Shown in pieces: positions 26,927 through 39,800 of a stretch of 64,000 nucleotides of DNA. Location: contig OX597818.1 of NCBI GenBank assembly GCA_951406725.2, forward strand, positions 56,916,001 through 56,980,000, given 5' to 3'. The notes beneath the pieces were generated by a model that was not told where the DNA came from, made no database searches, and was given only the letters and a program-made list of their open reading frames with translations. Made by a program: the position numbers and the translations under genes. Numbering within the stretch: position 1 is the stretch's first letter; each line of letters opens with the position of its first letter. This DNA is from Octopus vulgaris. Taxonomy: Eukaryota.

Positions 26927-28172
26927 TCCTTATTCTTGATGGAGACGATGGGGAGGGGTGAACTACTTAAGGATGAAGGTGGTTGGTTATGTTTCAGGTT
27001 ATTTGTGTTGGATGACTAAGGACCACAAGCGGCAGTGTGCTGCTAAACCCATTCAACCCATATCAGCATGGTTATAATATGGTGATGATGGTGATGTGAT
27101 GATATTGATGCTGGTGAGGATGATGATGATTATGATGATGGTGATGATAATATGGTGATTGTGATGGTGGTGATGATGGTGGTGGAAATGATGATGATAT
27201 TGGTGATGATTGTGGTGATGTGATGATGGTGGTGGTGATGAATATGGTGGTCATGGAGATGATGATGGCGATGATGACGACAATTATAATAATGATGATG
27301 ATGGTCGTGATGATTGTGGTCATGACGATGATGGTGATGGTGTGAGAATGATAATGATGATGGTGATGATGATGGCAATAATGACGATGATAATAATAAT
27401 GATGGTGGTGATGATGATTGTGATGGAGATGATGATGGTGATGGTGATGATGATGGCTATAATGATGATGATGGTGGTAATGATGATTATGATGGTGATG
27501 ATGATGAGGGTCATGACGATGATGCTGAATGATGATGATGGTGATGATTGTCATGATGATGATTATGGCACGTGTGATGATGGTGATGGTATGATAGTGA
27601 TGCTTCTGCTGTTGCTGTTGACGATGATACTGATGATGATGATGTTGACGACAAATGGGATGACAACGACGATGATGACACCAATGATTGCCATTCTATA
27701 TTTAGATGCCTAATACCTACAGACACATCTAAACAATAACAACATTTCCATTTCTTAAAAAAATTTCCCATTTTTTTTTTGGTTTTCGTTTTTCCTCCGT
27801 TGACCACATTCGCTACAACATTCGTAACAAGATACGAAATTCCGTGGAGGTTTGTTGTGTTAACACCTAATTTCATCCACATTGATTGTGTTATGTTGAT
27901 AATTCTCGGTGTTGTTAGCTCCATTTCGGTTTCTAAGTGGTTCCTAAATGGCTTTGTACTTTTCCAAAAATAGTTGTTATACAATAAATGCATAAAAATA
28001 GCAATTTATGAATGTTCTCTTTCCGTTTTATACGTTTATTCCCTTGTTAATGCTAAGGTATTTAAAAATTGTGTAAAGAGAACTACATTGGTTAATTAGC
28101 GTATGACTTAATTACTTTTATACAATTTCGTATTAACATGACTTTTTGTTTTTTAAATGTTATTTTTATTAT

Positions 28173-28455
28173 TTGATAATGATTTCTCAACAAATAGTCA
28201 CAAGCTTGGCTGTGTGGTAAGAAGTTTGCTTCCCAACCACATGGTTCCAGGTTCAGTCCCACTGCGTGGCACCTTGGGCAAGTCTTGGGCCAACCAAAGC
28301 CTTATAAGTGGATTTGGTAGTTATAAGGCTTTGGTTGGCCCAAGAATTGTCCAAGGTGCCATGCAGTGAGACTGAACCTGGTACCATGTTGTTGGGAATC
28401 AGACTCCTTACCACACAGCCAAGCTTGTGACTATTTGTTGAGAAATCATTATCAA
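28173..28455. repeat. Local inverted duplication, about 135-bp arms and 13-nt loop
   Basis: 28173-28307 is the reverse complement of 28321-28455, covering unique flank plus a SINE A head. Confidence 0.9.
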
Positions 28456-28502
28456 GTGGATTTCGTAGTTGGAAATTGAAAGAAGCTCATCATATATATA
28501 TA

Positions 28503-28559
<57 letters not shown>

Positions 28560-28740
28560 TCACACATATATACATATAGGTGCAAGAGTGGGTGTATGGT
28601 AAGTAGCTTGCTTAACAACCACATGGTTCCAGGTTCAGTCCTACTGCATGGCACCTTGGGCAAGTGTCTTCTACTATAGCCTCGGGCAGACCAAAGCCTT
28701 GTGAGTGGATTTGGTAGACAGAAACTGAAAGAAGCCCATC

Positions 28741-28792
<52 letters not shown>

Positions 28793-29851
28793 TTAAGAGC
28801 ACCATCCGAGCATGATCATTGCCAGAGCGGCTAACTGGCTTCCATGACGGTGGCATGTAAAAGGCACCATTCGAGCGTGATCGTTACCAGCATCGCCTTA
28901 CTGGCACCTGTGCCGGTGGCATGTGTAAAAAGATTGAGTGAGGTCGTTGCCAGTATCGCCTGACTGGCCCCTGTGCTGGTGGCACGTAAAAGCACCCACT
29001 ACACTCTCGGAGTGGTTGGCGTTAGGAAGGGCACCCAGCTGTAGAAACTCTGTCAAATCAAGATTGGAGCCTGGTGCAGCCATCTGGTTCGCCAGTCCTA
29101 AGTCAAATCGTCCAACCCATGCTAGCATGGAAAGCGGACGTTAAACGATGATGATGATGATGATTACTTATGAGGTGTTCTATATTTTCTAGCTAGAGTG
29201 TAGTTGGGTCTCAAGGGAATGGTACAAACTTAGCAATATGTGTTTTAGAGTGAAAGCAAAATTTCCATTCAAATGGCAATTACTGGATGAGTTTCTGTTT
29301 GAGTCTAACCGTTTTAAGTCATGGTGGAAATGTGACCTATGTCGAAAAAAGGCATAGGAATATCTATTTTGTCATTGCCCACAGGGTCCTCTAAGCATAG
29401 AGGAAACAAACAAGGATAGACAAAGGGATTAAGTTGATTACATCGACCTCACTGTATAACTGATATTTATTTAATCGACCCCCGAAATTTGAACTCAGAA
29501 CGTAAAGAGTAAAGATAGACAAAACACCGCTAAGCATTTCGCCAGGCGTGCTAACGATTCTGCCAGCTCGCCGCCCTTAGACATAGGAATATTGTATAAA
29601 TTTTATAATTGAAAAATTGACTGTATTTTGTGCATACGAATATACCAGCCTGTGGTGCAATAAAATAGGCTTGTGGGCACAATTGCACCTGTGAGTGGGG
29701 GTTTCCCCCACCCCTATTCTATGCTGTTTTCACAGCAATTCTCCTGCTTTTGAGACTTCCTTCATTTCTAAAATACGATACATTCTGATCAAAAGAAACT
29801 GAAACATATTTAACTACAACTTATTTGATGAAATATTTTCTCTTCTTTCAG

Positions 29852-29957
29852 GTCCCAATGGTAGTTTGGTTGATGACTCTTTCTATCCACGCGTTTTACT
29901 TCTCATGCATAAATGGTTTATACCATCTCAGGAACTGGCAGAACGTCTCGTAGAATT
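29852..29957 (+). CDS. RASGRP: RasGRP exon, REM domain (CPNGSLVDDSFYPRVLLLMHKWFIPSQELAERLVEL)
   Basis: TTTCAG acceptor, phase 1 in and phase 2 out; LLMHxWF motif typical of REM; ends at the U12 donor GTATCCTTT. Not in the ORF track. Confidence 0.92.
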
Positions 29958-30277
29958 GTATCCTTTGAAATCATTGCAGAAACTTTAATGCATTAACATT
30001 TAAACTTGGGCCACATCAGGCCCAAATAGTCCAGCTGTTTTATGTTCAAACCAGCCAAATCCAGCCTCTCACACCTATCCTACAATGTCATTCTAAAAAA
30101 AAAAAGAAGAAAAACAGGCATGGCTGTGTGGTAAGAAGCTTGCATCTCAACGTCATGGTTCGGGGTTCAGTCCTGCTGTGTGACACCCTGGTCAAGTGTC
30201 TTCTACTATAGCCTTGGGGTTTGACCAAAACCTTGTGAGTGGATTTGGTAGATGGAAACTGAAAGAAGTCTGTTGTA

Positions 30278-30349
<72 letters not shown>

Positions 30350-30357
30350 TGTCGCTG

Positions 30358-30395
<38 letters not shown>

Positions 30396-31028
30396 TGTCT
30401 GTGTTTGTCCTCCCAACATCACATAACAACTGATGTTGGTGGTAAATGGAAACTGAAAGAAGCCTGTTGTATATATATATGTATATGTTTGTGTGTCTAT
30501 GTTTGTCCTCCAACCATTGCATGACAACTGATGTTGGTGTGTTGGTCGCAAATGGAAATTGAAAGAAGCTCATTGTATATATATATATTTGTGTGTTTGT
30601 GTCTTATACCCCCACCATTGCTTGACGACCAATGTTGGTGTGTTTACGTCCCCATAAGTTAGCGGTTCGGCAAAAGAGACCGATAGGATAAGTACCAGGC
30701 TTACAAAGAATAAGTGCAGGGGTTGATGTCTTCAACTAAAAGGTGGTGCTCCAGCATGGCCACGGTCAAAATCACTGAAACAAGTATAAGAATGTCATCG
30801 ACCTCTTGAAGATAGCAGAAAAGGTTAATTCAAAACAACGTGAATGAATTAATATCACACTTAACGAAGTAATCTGAATGTCAAAGGATTAAACTCTTTA
30901 AATCTCTTGGAAATTTGCTTGTTTCATATAGGACACCTTATATTTACATTATTTACATTATTTACATTACTTGCATTATTTACATTATTTACATTTGAGG
31001 GATATTTGTCCTCATCTTGTTTGTTGTT

Positions 31029-31074
31029 AGCACAACGTTTCGGCTGATATACTCTCCAGCCTTCATCAGGTGTC
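31029..31074 (-). ncRNA. Minimal type-I hammerhead ribozyme motif, family H1, intact core
   Basis: Minus strand reads GACAC-CTGATGA-A-GGCTG-gagagtatat-CAGCC-GAAA-C-GTT-GTGCT: stem I, core, 5-bp stem II, palindromic stem III (AACGTT). Activity not demonstrable from sequence. Confidence 0.72.
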
Positions 31075-31184
31075 TTGGGGGAAATTTTGAACCTGGGTTC
31101 TCATTCCTAAGGTATTTCCTCATCTCTTAAATAAAGAACTGTATTACTTTATATTTTATATAGAATTTCTATATACATATGTAC

Positions 31185-33890
31185 AAGCATGGCCACCTTG
31201 TAAGCATGTGGTCACCTTGTAAGCATGTAGTCACCTTGTATGCACACCTTGTATACAAGTGTTCATCTTGTAAGCATGTGGTCACTTTGTAAGCATGTGG
31301 CCACCTTGTAACCATGTGGTTACTATGTAACCATGTGGTCACCTTGTAAGCATGTGGTCACCTTATAAGCATGTGGTCACCTTGTAACCATCTGGTCACC
31401 TTGTAAGCATGTAGTCACCTTGTATGCACACCTTGTATACAAGTGTTCATCTTGTAAGCATGTGGTCACTTTGTAAGCATGTGGCCACCTTGTAAGCATG
31501 TGGTTACTATGTAAGCATGTGGCCACCTTGTAAGCATGTGGTCACCTTATAAGCATGTGGTCACCTTGTATGCAAGTGTTTACCTTGTAAGCATGTGGTC
31601 ACTTTGTAACCATGTGGTCAACTTGTAACCATGTGGTCACCTTGTAACCATGTGGTCACCTTGTAAGCATGTGGTCACATTGTAACCATGTGGCCACCTT
31701 GTAAGCATGTGGCCACCTTGTAAGCATGTGATCACCTTGTAAGCATGTGGTCACTTTGTAACCATGTGGTCACATTGTAAGCATGTGGCCACCTTGTAAA
31801 CATGTGATCACCTTGTAACTATGTGGTCACTTTGTAACCATGTGGTCACTTTGTAAGCATGTGATCACCTTGTAAGCATGTGGTCACTTTGTAAGCATGT
31901 GGTCACTTTGTAAGCATGTGGTCACTTTGTAACCATGTGGCCACCTTGTAAGCATGTGGTCACTTTGTAAGCATGTGATCACCTTGTAACCATGTGGTCA
32001 CTTTGTAACCATGTGGTCACATTGTAAGCATGTGGCCACCTTGTAAGCATGTGATCACCTTGTAACCATGTGGTCACTTTGTAACCATGTGGTCACCTTG
32101 TAACCATATTGTCACTTTGTAAGCATGTGGTCACTTTGTAACCATGTGGCCACCTTGTAAGCATGTGGCCACCTTGTAAGCATGTGATCACCTTGTAACC
32201 ATGTGGTCACTTTGTAACCATGTGGTCACTTTGTAAGCATGTGATCACCTTGTAACCATGTGGTCACTTTGTAAGCATGTGGCCACCTTGTAAGCATGTG
32301 GTCACTTTGTAAGCATGTGATCACCTTGTAACCATGTGGTCACTTTGTAACCATGTGGTCACATTGTAAGCATGTGGCCACCTTGTAAGCATGTGATCAC
32401 CTTGTAACCATGTGGTCACTTTGTAACCATGTGGCCACCTTGTAAGCATGTGGCCACCTTGTAAGCATGTGATCACCTTGTAACCATGTGGTCACTTTGT
32501 AAGCATGTGGTCAACTTGTAAGCATGTGGTCACCTTGTAACCATGTGGTCACTTTGTAAGCATGTGATCACCTTGTAACCATGTGGTCACTTTGTAAGCA
32601 TGTGGTCAACTTGTAAGCATGTGATCACCTTGTAACCATGTGGTCACTTTGTAAGCATGTGGTCACTTTGTAACCATGTGGCCACCTTGTAAGCATGTGG
32701 TCACTTTGTAAGCATGTGATCACCTTGTAACCATGTGGTCACTTTGTAACCATGTGGTCACATTGTAAGCATGTGGCCACCTTGTAAGCATGTGATCACC
32801 TTGTAACCATGTAGTCACTTTGTAACCATGTGGTCACCTTGTAAGCATGTGGTCACTTTGTAAGCATGTGGTCACTTTGTAACCATGTGGCCACCTTGTA
32901 AGCATGTGGCCACCTTGTAAGCATGTGGTCACCTTGTAACCATGTGATCACTTTGTAAGCATGTGGTCAACTTGTAAGCATGTGATCACTTTGTAACTTG
33001 TAACCATGTGGTCACTTTGTAAGCATGTGGTCAACTTGTAAGCATGTGATCACCTTGTAACCATGTGCACACTTTGTAAGCATGTGGTCAACTTGTAATG
33101 TGGCATGTGATCACCTTGTAACCATGTGGTCACTTTGTAAGCATGTGGTCAACTTGTAAGCATGTCATCACCTTGTAACCATGTGGTCACTTTGTAAGCA
33201 TGTGGTCACTTTGTAAGCATGTGGTCAACTTGTAAGCATGTCATCACCTTGTAACCATGTGGTCACTTTGTAAGCATGTGGTCAACTTGTAAGCATGTGA
33301 TCACCTTGTAACCATGTGGTCACTTTGTAAGCATGTGGTCAACTTGTAAGCATGTGATCACCTTGTAACCATGTGGTCACTTTGTAAGCATGTGATCACC
33401 TTGTAACCATGTGGTCACTTTGTAAGCATGTGGTCAACTTGTAAGCATGTGGTCACTTTGTAACCATGTGGTCACTTTGTAAGCATGTGGTCACTTTGTA
33501 ACCATGTGGCCACCTTGTAAGCATGTGACCACCTTGTAAGCATGTGATCACCTTGTAAGCATGTGACCACCTTGTAAGCATGTAATCACCTTGTAAGCAT
33601 GTGTTCACTTTGTAACCATGTGGCCACCTTGTAAGCATGTGACCACCTTGTAAGCATGTGATCACCTTGTAAGCATGTGACCACCTTGTAAGCATGTGGT
33701 CACTTTGTAAGCATGTGGCCACCTTGTAAGCATGTGGTCACTTTGTAAGCATGTGATCACCTTGTAACCATGTGGTCACTTTGTAAGCATGTGGTCACTT
33801 TGTAAGCATGTGGTCACTTTGTAAGCATGTGGCCACCTTGTAAGCATGTGATCACCTTGTAAGCATGTGATCACCTTGTAACCATGTGGT
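31185..33890. repeat. 19-bp minisatellite (TGTAAGCATGTGGTCACCT and variants), roughly 140 copies
   Basis: Direct reading; variant units recur in higher-order blocks. Confidence 0.97.
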
Positions 33891-35290
33891 TTTGGCATCT
33901 TGGGTCAGTGCCTTCAACAGTCTTGGACTGGCCAATGCCCTGTGAGCGAATTTGGTACATGGAAACTGTGTGGAAGCCCATCATGTAATGATGTGTGTGT
34001 GTGTGCTTGTTTCCTTGATACATACACACTGCTTGATAGCCAATATTAGTTTGTTTACATCCCAGTAACTTAGCAGTATGGCAAAAGATTAAGTGCCAGG
34101 CTTACAAAATAAGGACTAGGATTTATTTGTTTCACTAAACCCTCCAAAGCAATGCCCCAGCTTGGCCACAGTCCAATCACTGAGACAAGTAAAACAAGAA
34201 ACAAAAGCTTTATTTTCTACAACCATTACATTTAAATAGTTCGTTAATTTCTGTAAATTTATTCCTTTCATATTTTGCTTTTTCCAGTTTTTTTCTATTG
34301 TGTATGTTACACTATTTACTCTTTTGAATTTCCCATTCTATATTTTAGACTGTAGACTCTTTATATACCCTATTGTATATTTTAGACTGTATACTCTCTG
34401 TACTTTCGCCTGTATATCATGTATACACACCAAGCTGTGTATTTTACATTACTAATATACCTCACATTTCATTATAACATGTTGCTAAAACCCAAACAAA
34501 CTCTCAAATTTGAAGTCCTACAATCTGTGAATCTTGTTTACAATGGCTAGCACACAAGTACTAGAATAAGTACTAGGCTTACAAAGAATAAGTCCTGGGG
34601 GTGATTTGCTCGACTAAAGTCAGTGCTCCAGTATGGCCACAGTCAAATGACTGAAAGAAATAAAAGACTAAAAAAATGAAAGAATTGTTTCTGGTATAAA
34701 TTAATATTACTAAGAAATATTACTGGTCCCTGGCACCCTAGAGAGAAAGAAAAAACTGCTGGTACACCACATGAGACAGTTTAAGAAACGCTGGCATAAG
34801 CTACAAGAATAACATCTACTACTTGAAGAATTCTTTTGCATTGGAGTTTCCTTCCATTTCTCATTTGTTTCTTTTACAGTTTCCATTTCTCTGAATTTGC
34901 CAAGCTGCACTGAAGACCTGTTAACGCCTATCTCATATATCCAGTTCTCCACCCCTTGGTGTCTCATTTTACTCTGCCTCATCAAATTACTCCATCATTT
35001 CCCCAATCTCTTTTCCTTGTAAACCCTCTTAGGATTCTGACTATCAAATGTAATGTTTATTTATTCCCATTGCTTTGAATTAATCATGCATTATTTTGTA
35101 GCTTTGACACTTTGATGATGTGATTTAAAAAAATTTTTAGAATGACATTGTAGAGTAGGTATAAGAGACCAGATATGGCCTGAATCAATACGAAACTGGT
35201 AGAATATCTTAGCTAGATATGGCTGGTATATTCCTTAAGCATTCACACTACTCTGAGAGATGTAGCATTCATATTGTTTTGAATTAATCA

Positions 35291-35793
35291 TACATGTAAA
35301 ACCCATGTAATTTGCACACCTGTGTAATTTACGCAGGTGATTTTCAGGATAAAAATTGTTAAAAAAGTTTCTACTCATGTAAAATTTGCATCCAAAAGTT
35401 TTCAGATTTGCCAATATGGTCAGGGAATAAGGGTTTTCAGTTTAGTTGTATTTAGCATAATTTCACTTACTTTAATTACATTTTATTTAATTTTCGCTAA
35501 ATAAAAATAATTTCAGTTTAACAGGTATCACATTGAAAGCTGTTAAATTACAAAGTGTTTGTGTTGTTTATAATAAACTTTATTTTACATTTCTTTCCCA
35601 CAAGACATTATGTCTGGTCACTTGTCATTGCCTCCGTGAGGCCCAACATTCGAAGGTCATACTTCACATCTCATCCCAGGCCTTCCTGGTTCTACCTAAG
35701 AAGACCTGGGATCTACTCATAATTCACGCACCCCCTAAAGTTTATTTTTGTTTTTGCGAAAAAAGTGCGTAAATTACATGGGTTTTTATGGTA
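35291..35793. mobile_element. Tc1/mariner-pogo-type MITE
   Basis: TIRs ...TAAAACCCATGTAATTTGCAC / GTGCGTAAATTACATGGGTTTTTATGGTA. Confidence 0.65.
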
Positions 35794-36453
35794 TTTTGTT
35801 GCTTTGAGATTTTGATGATGTTATTTTTTATTTTTAGAATTACAGAGGCTGAATCTGGCCAATTTGAACTTAAAATAGATAGAATATTTGAGCCAAATGC
35901 AGTCAGTTGAAATACTATATGGTTAAAATAACCCCTTAGAATCATCATCATCATCATCATCGTTTAACGTCCGCTTTCCATGCTAGCATGGGTTGAACGA
36001 TTTTGACTGAGGGCAGAACAAATATTAGTGAAAATCATATGAATTGAATTAGGTCTGTATATGTATTTTTTATTACTATCTGTGCCGGTGGCATTTAAAA
36101 GGCACTATTTGAGCGTGATCGTTACCAGCATTGCCTTACTGGCACCTGTGTAAAAAGATTCGAGTGAGGTCGTTGCCAGTACCGCCTGACTGGCCTCTGT
36201 GCTGGTGTCACGTAAAAAGCACCCATTACACTCTCGGAGTGGTTGGCGTTAGGAAGGGCATCCAGCTGTAGAAACTCTGCCAGATCAAGATTGGAGCCTG
36301 GTGCAGACATCTGTTAAAAATTTTTTTCTTATCAACATTAACTAAAACAATATCATGTACAATATCAGTCTTATTGGTTGTCCCAAGAAAGCAGAGAATA
36401 ACTTCTGCAGGAACTCTTTTTCATGTAAACATTCCTTGACTTGAGTGTTTTAG

Positions 36454-36567
36454 ATATCTTGGTGTAGAAGATACAAAACAATGTGAAGCTGTAAAATGTT
36501 CACACACCCCACGGGAACAAGATTGTTCTCTACAGGTTTACAAGGCAAAAATATGCCATGTTTTCAG
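36454..36567 (+). CDS. RASGRP: RasGRP exon, REM domain (YLGVEDTKQCEAVKCSHTPREQDCSLQVYKAKICHVFR)
   Basis: 114 nt, phase 2-2, donor AG|GTAAAT; KICHVFR(YW) matches RasGRP [9 protein letters not shown]. Not in the ORF track. Confidence 0.9.
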
Positions 36568-36586
36568 GTAAATATTTCAAATTATT

Positions 36587-36945
36587 TCGTTTTTGGATTT
36601 GGTATGCAAGATTCTTTGTGAGTTCGTGTGTTGAAGCATATTTTGTTGAGTCTGGGGAGGGTCGTTCTGTTTTAGTACCTTATTTAACACACTCACTGGT
36701 GAAGTTTCCACTCATTTACTTTTTTTTTTTTTTTCCGAAATTTGTTTTGCAAGATTCTTTATGTGAGTTTGTGTGTTGAAGCAGGTTTTGTTGTGTCTGG
36801 AGAGAGTCATTCTCTTTTAGTTCCTTATTATTTAACACACTCACCGGTAAAGTTTCCACACATTTAAGAAGATACTTTACAGGTGAATGTGTTAAATGGT
36901 AAAGCACTAAAAGAGAATGACTCTCTCCAGACACAACAAAATTTC
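36587..36945. mobile_element. Diverged H3-family arms, tandem plus inverted, starting 20 nt after an exon donor
   Basis: TTTGCAAGATTCTT...AACACACTCACCGGTAAA twice, followed by a reverse-complement copy. Confidence 0.65.
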
Positions 36946-37523
36946 AAATTATATTTCTGCTAAATTTTAATCCTTTTGTTACCATATTTCTGCTAAAATA
37001 CCTCACTGCTTTTTTAATTAAATTTTAAAATAATTAAGAGTTTAGTAAAATAACTTTGTCATTATTAAACTGGTGTCTGGGACATAAATTAAAGCGAAAA
37101 TTTGATGGAAGATTTGAATTTAGATCCCTTTAAGACAAAATGTTTGTATTATAGATCTGTGTTTTGCAACCATTTTTCACTTGCGGTACCCTTGTATTCC
37201 TTTCAAAATTTGGTAGCACACCTGAACTAAAACTATAATTAAATATATGGGGAAAAAAAGTTATATTCAGGTTACACTGAGGCACACCTAGCATTGCCTT
37301 GTGGCACACCTGTGTGCTGTGGCATTCTGGTTTGCGGAGCAGTGCTGTAGATCCAGAGGCAATTTCAGATGAGGTGGTATGAAAAAGGTTGAACCAAAAA
37401 GGTTCCGGGTTCAGTCCCACTGCGTGGCACCTTGAGCAAGTGTCTTCTACTATAGCCTCGGGCCGACCAAAGCCTTGTGAGTGGATCTGGTAGATGGAAA
37501 CTAAAAGAAGCCCATTGTATATT

Positions 37524-37557
<34 letters not shown>

Positions 37558-37779
37558 TGAATGTTGGTGCTGTTACCTATGTGGAAAATACTATCTGCTA
37601 GTATCATTATTTTATTTCAACTGGTATAGATAAAATAAATACCAGTTGCATACTGGGGTCAATATAATCAATTTATCCCTCCTCCCAAATTACTGGCTTT
37701 GTACCAAAATTTGAAAGTATTATCTTAATCTCATGCTTACCTGTCGTTTCATTGAAGTTCTGTATTGTCTTTTATTTAG

Positions 37780-37911
37780 ATACTGGATCCGAACATTTCC
37801 TTTCCACTTTGACCTCGACAAACGGTTAAAAGTAATCGTGGAAAGATTTGGTCAAATTCTTGAAGCAGAAGGCAATACCAATTTTTCTGAATTAATCGAT
37901 CTTTCTAAAGT
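37780..37911 (+). CDS. RASGRP: RasGRP exon, end of REM domain (YWIRTFPFHFDLDKRLKVIVERFGQILEAEGNTNFSELIDLSKV)
   Basis: TTTAG acceptor, GT|GTAAGT donor, 132 nt, phase 2-2; overlaps ORF 37733..37915. Confidence 0.93.
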
Positions 37912-37951
37912 GTAAGTGAACAAATAATTTATCATATTTTGTGTAAATATA

Positions 37952-38362
37952 GGCACAGGAGTGGCTGTGTGGTAAGTAGCTTGCTTACCAACCACATGGT
38001 TCCGGGTTCAGTCCCACTACATGGCACCTTGGGCAAGGGTCTTATACTATAGCCTCGGGCCAACCAAAGCCTTGTAAGTGGATTTGGTAGATGGAAACTG
38101 AAAGAAACCCATCGTATATATGTATATATATATATGTATGTGTGTGCATATGTTTGTGTGTCTGTCTTTGTCCCCCCAACATCACTTGACAACTGATGCT
38201 GGTGTGTTTACGTCCCCGTAAGTTAGCTGTTCAACAAAAGAGACGATAGAATAAGTACTAGGCTAACAAAGAATAAGTCCTGGGGGCGATTCGCTCGACT
38301 AAAAGGTGGTGCTCCAGCATGGCCGCAGTCAAATGACTGAAACAAGTAAAAGAGTAAAAGAG
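37952..38362 (+). mobile_element. SINE family A, full length, 40 nt downstream of an exon donor
   Basis: High identity to other copies. Confidence 0.9.
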
Positions 38363-38677
38363 TATATATTTATATGCCCTGTCAACCATTGAATCTGTGT
38401 TGTCGGTCACCATATTATGTGAGAGTAGCCATGCAGATCTCTCTGCAGGAATCTGATTTGATCCCCTCTCTCATAGCAATCTCCTTGTCCCTTAGTTTGA
38501 AAATTTCCTACTCCCTACCCTAAGGCTTGTCCTGCAAACAACATGGCAACTGCATTAGTGTGGGTAGCACAAAGAAAGCACCTTGTCCATGTTGTAAAAT
38601 GGTTGGTGTTAGGAGAGACATTTTATTTCGTCTGGAATAAAATTGTTTTAGAGACATGCTGTCTTATAAACACAATA

Positions 38678-39249
38678 TATTAGGTTGTCCGGAAAGTTCA
38701 TGCCGATTTATAGTAGCTTACGTTTCGACTTATTTTAGAACATGGTTGAGTCCATAAAATAGGATTTGACTACACCTCCATTTAGAGCACAGTTTAAGCT
38801 ATCTTTTCATGGAAGAAGGTTTATGTTCCTATAACCTGTGTTAATTCTGTAACCCTTTAAAATGGTAGATAAGAAAGTTCATTTTCGACACTTGATGCTT
38901 TGCGAACCAGACAATAATTGCTGCAGCTCGGCTGGGATGTGTTACCCCGCCCTCCATATTCACCAGATATTGCTCCTTCGGATTTCCACTTATTCAGGTC
39001 TCTGCAGAATAGTCTTAATGGTTAAAAATTTCAATTCCTTGGATGACGTAAAAAGATACCTTGATGAATTCTTTGCCATGAAACCACCTCAATTCTGGGA
39101 AGAGGGTATTTTCAAGTTTATGGAAAGATGGAGACGCATTGTGTATTAAAATGCTTCATATTTTGGTTGATTAAAAATGTAATGGCAAGTATTTATTGAC
39201 CTTTTTCTTTCCTTTAAAAATCGGCATGAACTTTCCGGACAACCCAATA
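38678..39249 (+). mobile_element. Internally deleted mariner transposon with both TIRs
   Basis: TA-TTAGGTTGTCCGGAAAGTTCATGCCGATTT ... AAATCGGCATGAACTTTCCGGACAACCCAA-TA; N-terminal MVDKKVHFRHLML fused to LGWDVLPRPPYSPDIAPSDFHLFRSLQN and a frameshifted C-terminus. Confidence 0.93.
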
Positions 39250-39448
39250 ATATATTGGAGGGAGACAAACAAATGTTGCCTTGCCAGTGGCTAGCAAGAC
39301 ATATGGCAAATGTGTGACAAAGAAGACATCGTATGTCTACTGTATGTATGTATGTATGTCAAAGCAAACCAGATGTGTGTCAAAATAGACATCCGAGCTC
39401 AAAGCAGTTCTTGAATTCATCAGTTTCTTCCCAACCATATGACCCATG

Positions 39449-39652
39449 CCATCATCATCATCATCATCATCATTACTATCATCCATCATCATCATTACCA
39501 TCATTACCATCATCATCATCATTACCATCATCATTACCACCACCACCACCATCACCATCATCATCATCATCATTACCATCATTATCATCATCATTATCAT
39601 CATCATCATCATCACCACCACCACCATCATCATCATCATCACCACCACCACA

Positions 39653-39695
<43 letters not shown>

Positions 39696-39800
39696 GTATC
39701 ATCATCATCATTACCATCATCATCATCATCATCATCATCACGATGCCATAGTAGTAGTAGTAGTAGTAGTAGTAGTAGCAGCAGCAGCAGCAGTAGTGGT
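39449..39800. repeat. (ATC/ACC)n trinucleotide array; similar arrays at 1890-2208, 27080-27680, 54243-54650
   Basis: Direct reading. Confidence 0.97.

Larger units (their letters stand above)
29958..36453 (+). other. U12-type (minor spliceosome) GT-AG intron
   Basis: 5' site GTATCCTTT at 29958-29966; branch-site TTCCTTGAC at 36432-36440, 13 nt before the end of the TAG acceptor with no extended pyrimidine tract; joining TT+A restores the reading frame. Confidence 0.9.

Noticed and set aside
25795-33890. 25-bp and 19-bp arrays as CRISPR or coding repeats
   Set aside because: Contiguous tandem units without unique spacers; frequent stops.
35620-35670. HDV-like ribozyme at the GCCTC-ACG-GAGGC-AAT hairpin of the family C end
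   Set aside because: A P4-like hairpin is visible but I could not place P1/P2 of the double pseudoknot.
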